From positions 1 to 64,000 of the forward strand of contig JBFMHR010000004.1 of NCBI GenBank assembly GCA_040751795.1: DNA of 64,000 nucleotides, read 5' to 3'. This document shows positions 1 through 9,103 of this stretch, in pieces. Every line of letters begins with the position of its first letter. Position 1 is the first letter of the stretch. The translations under genes were made by a program, and so were the position numbers. The notes below the pieces were generated by a model. The model was given only the letters and a program-made list of their open reading frames with translations, did no database searches and had not been told where the DNA came from. The DNA is from Thermoplasmatota archaeon (GTDB lineage Archaea > Thermoplasmatota > Thermoplasmata > UBA10834).

Positions 1-147
1 TCGATGACACAAGCTTGGCAGAATTCTTTATGTACGTCCAGGCCCACATATACCATGGTCTCTCGTCTCATCGTTGTTCACCACATTCGATATAGACGAG
101 GGACCTCTTCTACATACCATCCCCTTCCTGGCACAATAAGGAAATCG

Positions 148-1659
148 CTACCGCCAGAGGCTTGCATGCTTCTGAGCAAGGTAACGTACAAATGGTTCCA
201 CGGTAGGAGACGTTCCTGTAGCCTTCTCGACCAATTCCTGTGGATTGTACAGGGATCCCAGTCGCTGAACCCTGTCCCTCAGCCACAGCATCACAGTGTC
301 GAATCTACCGTCCTCAATCTCGCTAGACCAAGCCCCAATGTCCTCCTCCATCTTCCTAGCGAACATGCCGCGATAGACGTCGCCCTTGGAGAAGCATTGC
401 CAGTAGCCGAAGGCACCTACGCTCCAAGTGACATCCTGCAACACCCCTTCCCCGTCGTGGTCGAATTCAATCTGAAGATACTTGTCATAGAGGTCGTTCC
501 AGACCTGTGGCAACTCGGAGACGTCCACCTTCCCAGAGAAGAGGTCCCGTTCAATTTCGAATCTTATGACGATGTGCAGGTTGTAGGTAAGTTCGTCTGC
601 ATTCATCCGTATCTTGGAGGGCTGAACCTTGTTGAGAGCTCTAACGAGGTCTTCAAGGTGAACGTCTGCGAACACGTTGCCTGTGACTTCTTTGAACTTC
701 GGGAAGTAGTATGTCCAAAAGTTTGGCGACAGTCCAATCATATTCTCGGCGAATCTCGACATTGCCTCATGTACGCCAATGCTCGCGGCCTTTCCGACGG
801 GCTGATAAATCCAACTGCGGTCCAGGTTCTGATTATACAATCCGTGTCCTGCCTCATGCAGTCCGCTCAGCAAGGCGTCAAAGACGTAATCCTCGTCGTA
901 GTGGACAGTGATTCTCACGTCGTCGTAGTATCCGCTCGTGAATGGGTGTTCGGCCTCGTCTATTCGACCGTGTGCATTGTCCGAGAGAGTGTCGTACCCA
1001 ATCAACCCGACGACATCCCTCACCATGTCCCGTTGGATGTTAGTCGGGACGCGCCGTCTCAAGATTGAGGTGTCAGCCTCCTTTGATGCTTCACTGTATC
1101 TCCAGATGAGTGGGTCAAGGGAGGTCCTCAGGTCCGTCAGGAGCATACTGACCTGTGATTGCGAGGCCCCCATGTCGAAGTCGTCCATCATCGCGTCGTA
1201 GACGCACGATGCTCCTCGGGCATGCATCGTTGCCTCCGCACGTCTGATGCTCAGATCCACGATCTTCTTCAAGTCGGGCTCGAACAACTTCCAGTCCCGA
1301 TTACTCTTCGCCTTGGCCCACGCGCTCCACGATCTTGTCTTCTGCTTCTCGAACTCAGCAACAAGGTTCTCGGACAGGCTGCATTCAATCTCGTGTTCTC
1401 TCCTGAGAAGATGCAGGTTCATCTGCTGTACGACATCATATGAGTCCTTCCCGCCCTCGGATTCTTCGAGAAGGCTCGCGAGCTCCTTGCTGGTAAGCAT
1501 CTCATGACGAAGCTCTGCTAGCAGCCCCGACTGACTGCCCCTTAGAGACGTCGCCCCATGCGGCATGTATGTCTGCGTGTCCCAATATAGCAGCTTGGCT
1601 GTGGAATCCACAAGGGCAATCTCTCGGTACTTCTCCATGAGCCGATCGTACGGATTCAC
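148..1659 (-). CDS. M32 family carboxypeptidase (Taq/Pfu-type), divergent C-terminal motifs
   Basis: HEAGH zinc motif, HPF, DVRIT, HEAMSRFAEN, ADELTYNLH. Start placed at GTG 1659 behind GGGTGGGT; the longer ORF runs into the tRNA. Confidence 0.9.
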   Translation of the reverse strand: MNPYDRLMEKYREIALVDSTAKLLYWDTQTYMPHGATSLRGSQSGLLAELRHEMLTSKELASLLEESEGGKDSYDVVQQMNLHLLRREHEIECSLSENLVAEFEKQKTRSWSAWAKAKSNRDWKLFEPDLKKIVDLSIRRAEATMHARGASCVYDAMMDDFDMGASQSQVSMLLTDLRTSLDPLIWRYSEASKEADTSILRRRVPTNIQRDMVRDVVGLIGYDTLSDNAHGRIDEAEHPFTSGYYDDVRITVHYDEDYVFDALLSGLHEAGHGLYNQNLDRSWIYQPVGKAASIGVHEAMSRFAENMIGLSPNFWTYYFPKFKEVTGNVFADVHLEDLVRALNKVQPSKIRMNADELTYNLHIVIRFEIERDLFSGKVDVSELPQVWNDLYDKYLQIEFDHDGEGVLQDVTWSVGAFGYWQCFSKGDVYRGMFARKMEEDIGAWSSEIEDGRFDTVMLWLRDRVQRLGSLYNPQELVEKATGTSPTVEPFVRYLAQKHASLWR

Positions 1660-1728
1660 GGGAACCCACCCACGTGTGTTCGGGAACTGCGTTTCCCTGC
1701 ATATTGCTCTTTCTGAAAAAGGAGTCTG

Positions 1729-1800
1729 TGGACCGGGCGAGATTTGAACTCGCGACCTCTCGCATGCCAAGCGAGCGATCTTCCGCTGATCTACCGGCCC
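1729..1800 (-). tRNA. tRNA-Ala(GGC)
   Basis: Reverse complement GGGCCGGTAGATCAGCGGAAGATCGCTCGCTTGGCATGCGAGAGGTCGCGAGTTCAAATCTCGCCCGGTCCA folds as a cloverleaf; anticodon arm CTCGC-TTGGCAT-GCGAG; CCA not encoded. Confidence 0.95.
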
Positions 1801-1931
1801 ATGTGGGATGTCGATGTATAGGGTAGGCCTAATTAAACCTTCCCGAACCCAATGGCACCTGCGCGCGCACGCTGTATGGCGTCCGCGCGCGCAACCTTTT
1901 CAAGGCGGCACCCCCCTGACAGGGCGTCACC

Positions 1932-2744
1932 ATGCCCTCTTCGAAGAACCTGTATCGGGAGCTGAGGCCGCGGGCCGAGGCATTCTCACGCAGGATAGCG
2001 TCACTGAAGGGGGTCGAGGGCGTCGCCTTCATGGGCGGCCTCGCAAGGGGCTACCTCGACGGGTCCTCCGACGTCGACATAGTCGTCTTGTTGGGCAGAA
2101 CCGATCCGAGGCTCAGGGACAGGATCCAGAGGATGGGCCGTGCGGAATCCTCCCACCTCGGAGGGGACCTGGACCTGGAGGTCCACACCCTGCGCGGGTT
2201 CGGGCGCATCGAGAGGGACGACAACAGGCGCTGGGAGTGCGCCCACGCCGAGGTCGTGCACGACACGGCCGGACGCACGGCGCGGCTGTTCCGCCGGGTC
2301 TCGAGCGTGCCAGACAGCTTCTGGGTCGACAGGGTGGTCGGGGACTGGACATACTTCCAGTGGGGCGTCGCCAACCCCGCCGCCCCCAAGTCCGTCGCGG
2401 AGATATGCATGGACCGCATGGACCCCATTGGCGCCCACTACATGGTCTGCCACTCGCTCGACCTGCTCATCGAGCTCGTGTACGCCCTCAACAGGGAGTT
2501 CCTTCCCCCGCCGAAGTGGAGGTTCGCCTATCTCGGGGAACTCGGGTGGACGCCCAGGGGCCTGGAACGGTCGCTCCGGGAGGCCCTCATCGTGCGCGAC
2601 CTCAGCGGGAAGGACCTCGCCAGGCGCCTCAGGGCGATGGATGCGCTGCGCGGGCCGGTCGAGACCAGGGTGAAGGAGTTCACCGGCCTGAGCGAGAAGG
2701 AGTCCTGGGCGCGCTTCATCAGGGTCTTCGTGTACGGGGAGTAG
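1932..2744 (+). CDS. Pol-beta-superfamily nucleotidyltransferase with helical C-terminal (DUF4037-like) domain
   Basis: GGLARGYLDGSSDVDIVV matches G[SG]xARG...DxD; LN..F.PPPKW C-terminal motif. Confidence 0.7.
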   Translation: MPSSKNLYRELRPRAEAFSRRIASLKGVEGVAFMGGLARGYLDGSSDVDIVVLLGRTDPRLRDRIQRMGRAESSHLGGDLDLEVHTLRGFGRIERDDNRRWECAHAEVVHDTAGRTARLFRRVSSVPDSFWVDRVVGDWTYFQWGVANPAAPKSVAEICMDRMDPIGAHYMVCHSLDLLIELVYALNREFLPPPKWRFAYLGELGWTPRGLERSLREALIVRDLSGKDLARRLRAMDALRGPVETRVKEFTGLSEKESWARFIRVFVYGE

Positions 2745-2747
2745 GGC

Positions 2748-4196
2748 TCAGGCGAACGAGTCCAGCTTCTTCTGGTACCTGACCTTCTCGCCCGGCACTG
2801 CGAGCGGGTACTCCTCCGTGAGGCAGGCGAGGCAGAGGTCGCCCGCGGGCAGGCCGATCGCGTCCACGAGCCCTTCGATGGAGATGTATCCGAGGCTGTC
2901 CGCGGTGATCATCCTCCCTATCTCCTCGACGGTCCTGCCCGTCGCGGCGAACTGCTCCCTGGTCTTCATGTCGATGCCGAAGTAGCAGGGGGCGATGATC
3001 GGCGGGGAGCCGACCCTGACATGGACCTCCTTCGCCCCCGCGTTCCTGACCAGCTGCACGATCTTCCTCATGGTCGTGCCCCTGACGATGGAGTCGTCGA
3101 CGAGCACCACCCTCTTGTCCTTGATTATGCTCTTGAGAGGGTTGAGCTTCAGCATGACCCCGGTGGTCCTATCGGACTGCTCCGGCATGATGAAAGTGCG
3201 CTCGACGTACCTGTTCTTCATCAGGCCCTCGGAGTACCTGATCCCCGAGCCCTCGGCGTACCCCATCGCGTGGGACCTCCCCGAGTCGGGTATCGGGACC
3301 ACCACGTCCGCCTGCACCGGCTGCTCCTTGGCGAGGCGCTCCCCGATGCGCCTCCTGACCTCGTACACGAGCTTCTGCTCAATGACGGAGTCGGCCCTGG
3401 CGATGTAGACCCACTCGAACATGCAGTGGGCCCTCCCCTTGGCGAGGCCGGTCTTCGAGGACCTAATCTCCCCTGGCAGCAGCTCGACTATCTCCCCCGG
3501 CTCGACGTCCCTGATGAACTCCCCGCCGAGGGTGTCGAAGACGACGCTCTCGGAGGCCGCGGCGTACCCCGTCTTGGTCCTGCCGACGCAGAGCGGGCGG
3601 AAGCCGAAGGGGTCCCTGACAGCGAACACCCTGTTGTCGGCGAGGATGGTCATCGAGTAGGCGCCCTGTATCAGGCCCATGACGTTCTTGATCGACCTCA
3701 CGGGGTCGCCGGTGCTCGATATCTCGTTCGCCAGGAGCCTCACTATGATCTCGGAGTCGGAGGAGGTGATGAACGCCCAGCCCTTCTTCTTGAGCTCCTC
3801 CATGATCTTGTCCGAGTTCACTATCTCCCCGTTGTGAGCCAGGGCGATGTCACCGTAGTTGGTCGAGACGACGAACGGCTGCGCGTTGCCGATGTTCGAC
3901 GAGCCGACGGTGGAGTACCTGACGTGCCCTATGCCCCTGTCGCCCTTGAGGCCCTGGACCTCGTCCGGCTTCAGGGCCTGGTGCGCGAGGCCCATGCCCT
4001 TGATGCACTTGACGCCCTCGCCGCCGTGTACCGCGATGCCCGCCGACTCCTGGCCGCGGTGCTGGAGGACCCTCAGCGCATAGAATACGTCTATAGACAC
4101 GTTCGCAACGGACGCCGTTGCGAAGACGCCGCACTCCTCCCTCGGGTGCTCAGGCTCCATCGACCTCAACCCCCAGTCCAAAGGAAAGCGTTTCAT
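2748..4196 (-). CDS. purF: Amidophosphoribosyltransferase
   Basis: Propeptide then EECGVF, LQHRGQESAG, GHVRYST, HNG, VLVDDSIVRGTT, Fe-S cysteines (CMFE, PCYFG, CLAC). Start is ATG 4196 or 4160. Confidence 0.97.
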   Translation of the reverse strand: MKRFPLDWGLRSMEPEHPREECGVFATASVANVSIDVFYALRVLQHRGQESAGIAVHGGEGVKCIKGMGLAHQALKPDEVQGLKGDRGIGHVRYSTVGSSNIGNAQPFVVSTNYGDIALAHNGEIVNSDKIMEELKKKGWAFITSSDSEIIVRLLANEISSTGDPVRSIKNVMGLIQGAYSMTILADNRVFAVRDPFGFRPLCVGRTKTGYAAASESVVFDTLGGEFIRDVEPGEIVELLPGEIRSSKTGLAKGRAHCMFEWVYIARADSVIEQKLVYEVRRRIGERLAKEQPVQADVVVPIPDSGRSHAMGYAEGSGIRYSEGLMKNRYVERTFIMPEQSDRTTGVMLKLNPLKSIIKDKRVVLVDDSIVRGTTMRKIVQLVRNAGAKEVHVRVGSPPIIAPCYFGIDMKTREQFAATGRTVEEIGRMITADSLGYISIEGLVDAIGLPAGDLCLACLTEEYPLAVPGEKVRYQKKLDSFA

Positions 4197-4363
4197 CAGT
4201 GCTGCTTCGCCCAGTTGTAGGTCCTGATCTTCGCGGTCGCGCCGAAGCCGCAGGAGGCGCAGACCTTCTTCCGCACGTGGTAGGCCCTCTTCCCGCACCG
4301 TCTGCATATGATGTGGGTCTTCTTGGAGCTCCTCTTGCCCATCGACGGGGTTCCCTTGGTCAT
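4196..4363 (-). CDS. rpl37e: 50S ribosomal protein L37e (not in ORF track)
   Basis: Manual translation [55 protein letters not shown]; downstream of Sm gene. Confidence 0.97.
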   Translation of the reverse strand: MTKGTPSMGKRSSKKTHIICRRCGKRAYHVRKKVCASCGFGATAKIRTYNWAKQH

Positions 4364-4374
4364 CCTGTCCTACC

Positions 4375-4590
4375 TCACGGGGAAATGTAGATGACGTTGT
4401 CGCCGCGGACGATTATCGCGTCCATCTTCCGGGTGACCTTGGCGTCCAGTATCTCCTCGGCGTTCCTCAGCACGAGGTTCATGTGAGGGTCGTATCCGTC
4501 GAGGGTGCCGCGGTAGCCCCTCTTCCCCTTGAGCTCAACGATAACCTGCTGGTTGATCGCCTTGTTCAGAACCGCCAGGGGTTTCAGCAA
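4375..4590 (-). CDS. Sm/Lsm-like archaeal protein (SmAP1)
   Basis: [14 protein letters not shown] Sm1 motif and VRGDNV Sm2 motif; TTG start behind GGTGA; conserved Sm-rpl37e order. Confidence 0.95.
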   Translation of the reverse strand: MLKPLAVLNKAINQQVIVELKGKRGYRGTLDGYDPHMNLVLRNAEEILDAKVTRKMDAIIVRGDNVIYISP

Positions 4591-4889
4591 TTAAATCACC
4601 TGAATCCCCATAAACAGGTACTGTACTTAAACCTTTCCGGGTCGCGCCGGCGCTCATCCGACCGACTGGCACCCCGTCCCGGCGGGCCGGGGAGGCCGTC
4701 CCGGCGCCCGCTGGCCGGACCGCCGCGGGCAGGCGCGCGCCCGCCCGTGGCGCCCTCTCGGCCGCATCGTTATCACATCCGAGACTGTCATGGAAACCTA
4801 TTTCACCGTTCTACCCGATGACGCACCATGCAGTCCTCCCTCCGCGAATGCAGAGAGAGGGCTATGTCCCCTATTCACACGGTGGGTCA

Positions 4890-6065
4890 ATGAGCGCGAC
4901 ACCTAGCGACCGTAAGGCCCCGGGTCCGGCGGAGATCGACCTTGCAAACTACGCGAGGACCTACCTGAACGCCTACATCAGCGCCGTGCAGGAGGAGGGC
5001 CCCGAGCACCCGCCAGCGTTCTTCAAGAACCAGCCGTACTCGATCGAGGCATGCTTCATGCCCAACGAGAGCGTGTGCGTCCTCTTCGAGAGGTCTCCCC
5101 TCCCCAAGCTCAACGTCTCCAAGCGCGACTGGGACTACGTCATGGGCAAGGCGATGTCCGGCGTGGTCTACATGGCCACCGTGTACCCTCACGAGGGCGT
5201 CACGCAGGACGACGCCATTGCGAGGGGCCGTAAGGACGCCATCAGGGACATCCGGGCCATGGAGAGCTCGAGCATGGCCGACGCCGCCCTGCAGCTGGAG
5301 AAGGCGGTCAGCGAGCTCAACAACATCAGCGAGTGGATGAAGAACCCGGTGAAGATGGCCGAGACGACCACGGCGAAGCTGGAGCCGCTGAGGCAGCTCC
5401 TGGCCCGGGGCGGCCCGAACGTCGACATGCTCGCGCTCGTCGACGCCGTACGCAGGTGCCGCGTCGAGGCGGCGCCCGCGCCGGTCAACCAGAAGGACCA
5501 GGCGGCGATCGCGAACGCCACCAACCTGATGTCCGACCTCACCAACATGCTCCGTGACGTGAAGGTCCAGGGGGAGAAGCTCGAGGAGGTCGAGCAGACC
5601 CTCAGGACCGAGCTCCACGAGTTCAAGACCGAGCTGGACAAGAAGGTGGTCAAGGGCCTGGGCGTCATACTCGCCACGACCGACAGGAAGATCGACAAGG
5701 CCATGGCCGCCTTCCAGTCCCCCGCGAAGGACCCGCGCCTCCAGACAGCAATGGACAACCTGGGGAAGGACGTGGCAAACATGAGGATGACCGTCTCCGC
5801 CCTCCAGGCCTCCCTCAGCGAGCAGGAGGACAAGGACCTGAACGTCCAGCTCGAGGCGCTCGCGCACGAGGTGGGCCAGGTCAGGGCCCTCGCCGAGGGG
5901 ATAAAGATGCCGGAGCTCCCGCCGACGGTGGAGCCCAGGGTCGTCGACGAGGTCGTCCTCAAGATGGAGGCGATGTCCCTCGACGTGGCGAGGGTCTCTC
6001 TGCGCATCAAGCACATAGAGGACTTCCTCGCGGCCTTCGCGGCCCCGAGGCACTCCGACAAGTAG
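4890..6065 (+). CDS. Hypothetical protein with globular N-terminus and long coiled-coil
   Basis: Host-like GC3-rich codon usage; heptad-like L/M/V periodicity over the C-terminal two-thirds; GGTGG upstream of ATG 4890. Confidence 0.75.
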   Translation: MSATPSDRKAPGPAEIDLANYARTYLNAYISAVQEEGPEHPPAFFKNQPYSIEACFMPNESVCVLFERSPLPKLNVSKRDWDYVMGKAMSGVVYMATVYPHEGVTQDDAIARGRKDAIRDIRAMESSSMADAALQLEKAVSELNNISEWMKNPVKMAETTTAKLEPLRQLLARGGPNVDMLALVDAVRRCRVEAAPAPVNQKDQAAIANATNLMSDLTNMLRDVKVQGEKLEEVEQTLRTELHEFKTELDKKVVKGLGVILATTDRKIDKAMAAFQSPAKDPRLQTAMDNLGKDVANMRMTVSALQASLSEQEDKDLNVQLEALAHEVGQVRALAEGIKMPELPPTVEPRVVDEVVLKMEAMSLDVARVSLRIKHIEDFLAAFAAPRHSDK

Positions 6066-6068
6066 GCC

Positions 6069-6539
6069 CTACAGCTGGACCGTGATGTCTTCCTTGATCC
6101 TGTCCAGGATGAGGTAGGTGTTGCTGCGCTCGACCTCGTCTATCTTGATGAAGGAGTCGACGATGTCCTTCAGCTCCTCCCTCGAGGAAGCCCTGAGCAG
6201 GACCGCGAAGTCGATGTTTCCCAGCAGGAAGTAGGTCGCCCACACGCCGGGGATCTTCGAGATCTTCTCCCCGATCTTCTTCGAGTAGTCGGGCCCGTAC
6301 CTGCCGGTGATGAGGGATATGGCCAGTATCTCCTTGCCGACCTTCAGCGGGTTGACGCACGCCTTGAACCCGGTTATGACGCCCTCCTCGATCAGCCTGT
6401 TGACCCTGTAGTGGACGGTGGACGAGGAGAGGCCAGTCTTCTCCCCGATCTTCTTCAGGCTGATGTTGCAGTCCTCTTGAAGCATTTTCAAGATGATCCT
6501 GTCGCTCTTGTCCAGCGTGACCGGGTCCGGTTTATCCAA
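6069..6539 (-). CDS. Lrp/AsnC family transcriptional regulator
   Basis: LDKSDRIILKMLQED...GLSSSTVHYRVNRLIEEGVI HTH followed by RAM domain; TTG start after GGAGGGGG. Confidence 0.92.
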   Translation of the reverse strand: MDKPDPVTLDKSDRIILKMLQEDCNISLKKIGEKTGLSSSTVHYRVNRLIEEGVITGFKACVNPLKVGKEILAISLITGRYGPDYSKKIGEKISKIPGVWATYFLLGNIDFAVLLRASSREELKDIVDSFIKIDEVERSNTYLILDRIKEDITVQL

Positions 6540-6687
6540 GTGAGGTCCCCCTCCAAAACGTTCGAAAAGGTAACATGAAATTCGGATAGATAACGCTTTC
6601 GTCGGGGCGGGCGTCGAACGGAACGCCAATCGAACGGCGGCCTGCCAATCATCCCGCAGGGATGTACAGACCTGTCCATCGGCCCGG

Positions 6688-7839
6688 TCAGAGGAACGCC
6701 CCTATCGTGGGCTGGTCCAGGAGGTCCATGTCGAAGAAGACCACCCCCTCCCTGACGCGCCTCTCGTCCAGCTGCGCCGCCCCTTCGAGGTGCGCCAGGA
6801 AGGACGTCCGCCACCAGAGGTCGACCGCCGTGTTGGCCAGGGCCCCGAGGTACGCCTGGGCGAAGTTGAACGAGTACCCGTCTTCGTCGAGCAGGTGCGC
6901 CGCGTGGCCCACGAAGCAGTCCCTCCTGTTGACCACGTCCAGGTAGGCCGCGAAGGCCTTCCTCCCTCCTGGCGTCATGGGGAGCATGGCCACCTCGGAC
7001 GGACTCGTCCTCGAGGACTCCTGCGTGCCGCCGCCCTCGTCGAGGAGGTAGCCCACGACCTCGTCCCCCTGGAGCTGGAATATCCTCCACCGCAGGTCCT
7101 CCGCGACATAGATGGGGAGGTAGCTGAGGTCCTCGAGGTCGAAGAGCTCGGTCCCGATGGAGACCCCGAGCTCGCCGACGTCCGCCTCCGGGTGCGTGTC
7201 CCTCGCCCTCCTGGCGATCTCCTGGGCGGAGGAGTTCTGCCTCGTCCTCCCCGAGTCCGCGTAGGTCAGCACACGGGCGAGCCCCGGCTCGTCCGTCATG
7301 TCCTCCATCAGCGCGGCAGCGGCGCCCCTCAGGGAGGGCACCGACTGCGCGACCTTGGCGTCCCTCGTGTTCCTGGAGAACTCCGCGAACACCTCCCGCG
7401 AGCTGCTCAACTCCTTTGCGACCTCGTCCGCGCCGATGCCGCCAAGGAGCGCCCTCCCGGAAGCAGCGAGGTCCTCCCCGGGCAGGCCCATGCCCCTGCA
7501 GGACAGGTTGGCGTTCACCTGGACCCTCCACCCGGAGAACACGCTCAGCGGGAAGGCCCTGCAGTAGTGCGGGCGCCTCTGGTAGATGGAGCACCTCCTC
7601 TGCCTCAGGAAGTGGCACGCGCCGTGGGCCCCCTGGAGCCTTATCGCCGCCCCCTGCACGTCGGGGGAGATGTGCTGGTCCGCGACGCCGCCCCTGAGGG
7701 CCGGGTCCCCCCTGAACGCCCTCTCCTCGTCGGGGAGCAGCTCCGGCTGGCAGAGGCAGCAGAGCGCGCAGCCGTCTATGCACGCGTAGGTGAGCCCCTC
7801 GACCTCGGAGAGGTCGGCCCCCTCCCCGTCACCTGCCAT
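6688..7839 (-). CDS. YkgJ/UPF0153-like cysteine-cluster protein (putative Zn/Fe-chelating) with C-terminal extension
   Basis: CIDGCALCCLC...CHFL...CSIYQRRPHYCRAFP pattern. Confidence 0.75.
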   Translation of the reverse strand: MAGDGEGADLSEVEGLTYACIDGCALCCLCQPELLPDEERAFRGDPALRGGVADQHISPDVQGAAIRLQGAHGACHFLRQRRCSIYQRRPHYCRAFPLSVFSGWRVQVNANLSCRGMGLPGEDLAASGRALLGGIGADEVAKELSSSREVFAEFSRNTRDAKVAQSVPSLRGAAAALMEDMTDEPGLARVLTYADSGRTRQNSSAQEIARRARDTHPEADVGELGVSIGTELFDLEDLSYLPIYVAEDLRWRIFQLQGDEVVGYLLDEGGGTQESSRTSPSEVAMLPMTPGGRKAFAAYLDVVNRRDCFVGHAAHLLDEDGYSFNFAQAYLGALANTAVDLWWRTSFLAHLEGAAQLDERRVREGVVFFDMDLLDQPTIGAFL

Positions 7840-9103
7840 CGGATACGACGTCCCTTCCACGAAGCTCACCGACCCGCTCCCCGTCCCTCATCATCAGCTC
7901 CCCCCTCAGGATTACGGCCCTGGGGAACACGGCCGGCATGCCCTCGTAGGCCGACCAGCCGCACTTGGAGTACATGTCGTCCGCCTTGACCTCGCGCCCG
8001 TCCATGAAGTCCACGACGACGAGGTCCGCGTCGTACCCGGTGTCTATCCTGCCCTTCCTGATCCCGAAGATCTCCCCCGGCCTCTCGCAGAGGGCCCTGA
8101 CCACCGTGGCGAGCGCCAGGTGGCGGTCCCTCACGTGCTGCATCATCATGGGGAACATGGTCTCCACGCCGGGCATGCCGCTCGGGGCGAAGTCGAAGTC
8201 CTCCTTCTTCTCGTCGACCGTGTGCGGGGCGTGGTCCGACGCCATCGTGTCGAACCTGCCCTCCTTGAACGCCAGGAAGAGCGCCTGCCTGTCCGCCCTG
8301 GTCCTCAGCGGCGGGTTCACCTTGCCGTAGGTCCCGAGGGGCCTGTCCCTGTCGAGCAGGATGTGGTGCGGCGTGACCTCCGAGGTCACGCCCTTCTGCC
8401 CAAGCACCAGTGGCAGCGAGTCCTTCGACGAGACGTGGCATATGTGGAGGCGGCACCCGGCCGCGGCCCTCGAGACCTTCCTTATCGCGCTGGCCTCGCA
8501 CTCGCCGTTCCGGTTCCTCATGTGGCCGTCCAGGCCCTCCGCCGGTTCCTTGCGCCTGAGCGACTCGTCCTCCGCGTGCACGGCGAGGGGCTTCCCGGAC
8601 CGCGCGACCCCCGCGAGCTCCGCCTCGACTGAGGCCAGGGAGGGGACGAGGAGGTCCCCGGTGGTCCCGGCCATGTAGAGCTTGAAGCCGACCGCCCTCC
8701 CCGCCATGGCCGCGACGTCGGCCCCCGGCATCAGCGCGGCGAAGAGCCCGAAGTCGACCAGGGACTTGGCCGCGGCGGCCCGGGCCTTCTCGGCCAGCGC
8801 CGACGGCGTGGAGGTGGGCGGCACGGTGTTGGGCATGTCCAGCACGCACGTGACGCCCCCGTGGAGGGCGGCCAGGGACCCCGTCGCGAAGTCCTCCTTG
8901 TGGGTCATCCCCGGCTCCCTGAAGTGGACGTGGGAGTCTATCGCGGCGGGCAGGATCTTCCTGCTGCCGAAGTCGAGGCGCCGCTCGCCCTCCAGGTTCC
9001 TGGCGATGGCGACTATGCGGCCGCCATCGATGCCGATGCAGGCCCTCTCGAACCTGCCGGAGATGTAGCACTCGCCCTCAACGACGAGCTCCGTGCTCCT
9101 CAT
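7829..9103 (-). CDS. pyrC: Dihydroorotase (type I)
   Basis: DSHVHFREPG, DMPNT, HAED, HICHVS, EVTPHH, KVNPPLR, ASDHAPH. Confidence 0.9.
   Translation of the reverse strand: MRSTELVVEGECYISGRFERACIGIDGGRIVAIARNLEGERRLDFGSRKILPAAIDSHVHFREPGMTHKEDFATGSLAALHGGVTCVLDMPNTVPPTSTPSALAEKARAAAAKSLVDFGLFAALMPGADVAAMAGRAVGFKLYMAGTTGDLLVPSLASVEAELAGVARSGKPLAVHAEDESLRRKEPAEGLDGHMRNRNGECEASAIRKVSRAAAGCRLHICHVSSKDSLPLVLGQKGVTSEVTPHHILLDRDRPLGTYGKVNPPLRTRADRQALFLAFKEGRFDTMASDHAPHTVDEKKEDFDFAPSGMPGVETMFPMMMQHVRDRHLALATVVRALCERPGEIFGIRKGRIDTGYDADLVVVDFMDGREVKADDMYSKCGWSAYEGMPAVFPRAVILRGELMMRDGERVGELRGRDVVSDGR

Noticed and set aside
1660-1770. N-terminal extension of the carboxypeptidase ORF in the track
   Set aside because: It runs through the tRNA-Ala gene; the real start is near 1659 or 1638
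4640-4770. Very GC-rich intergenic stretch as a possible structured ncRNA (SRP or RNase P)
   Set aside because: No SRP helix-8 or RNase P conserved motifs recognised, and pairing potential is expected at this GC content
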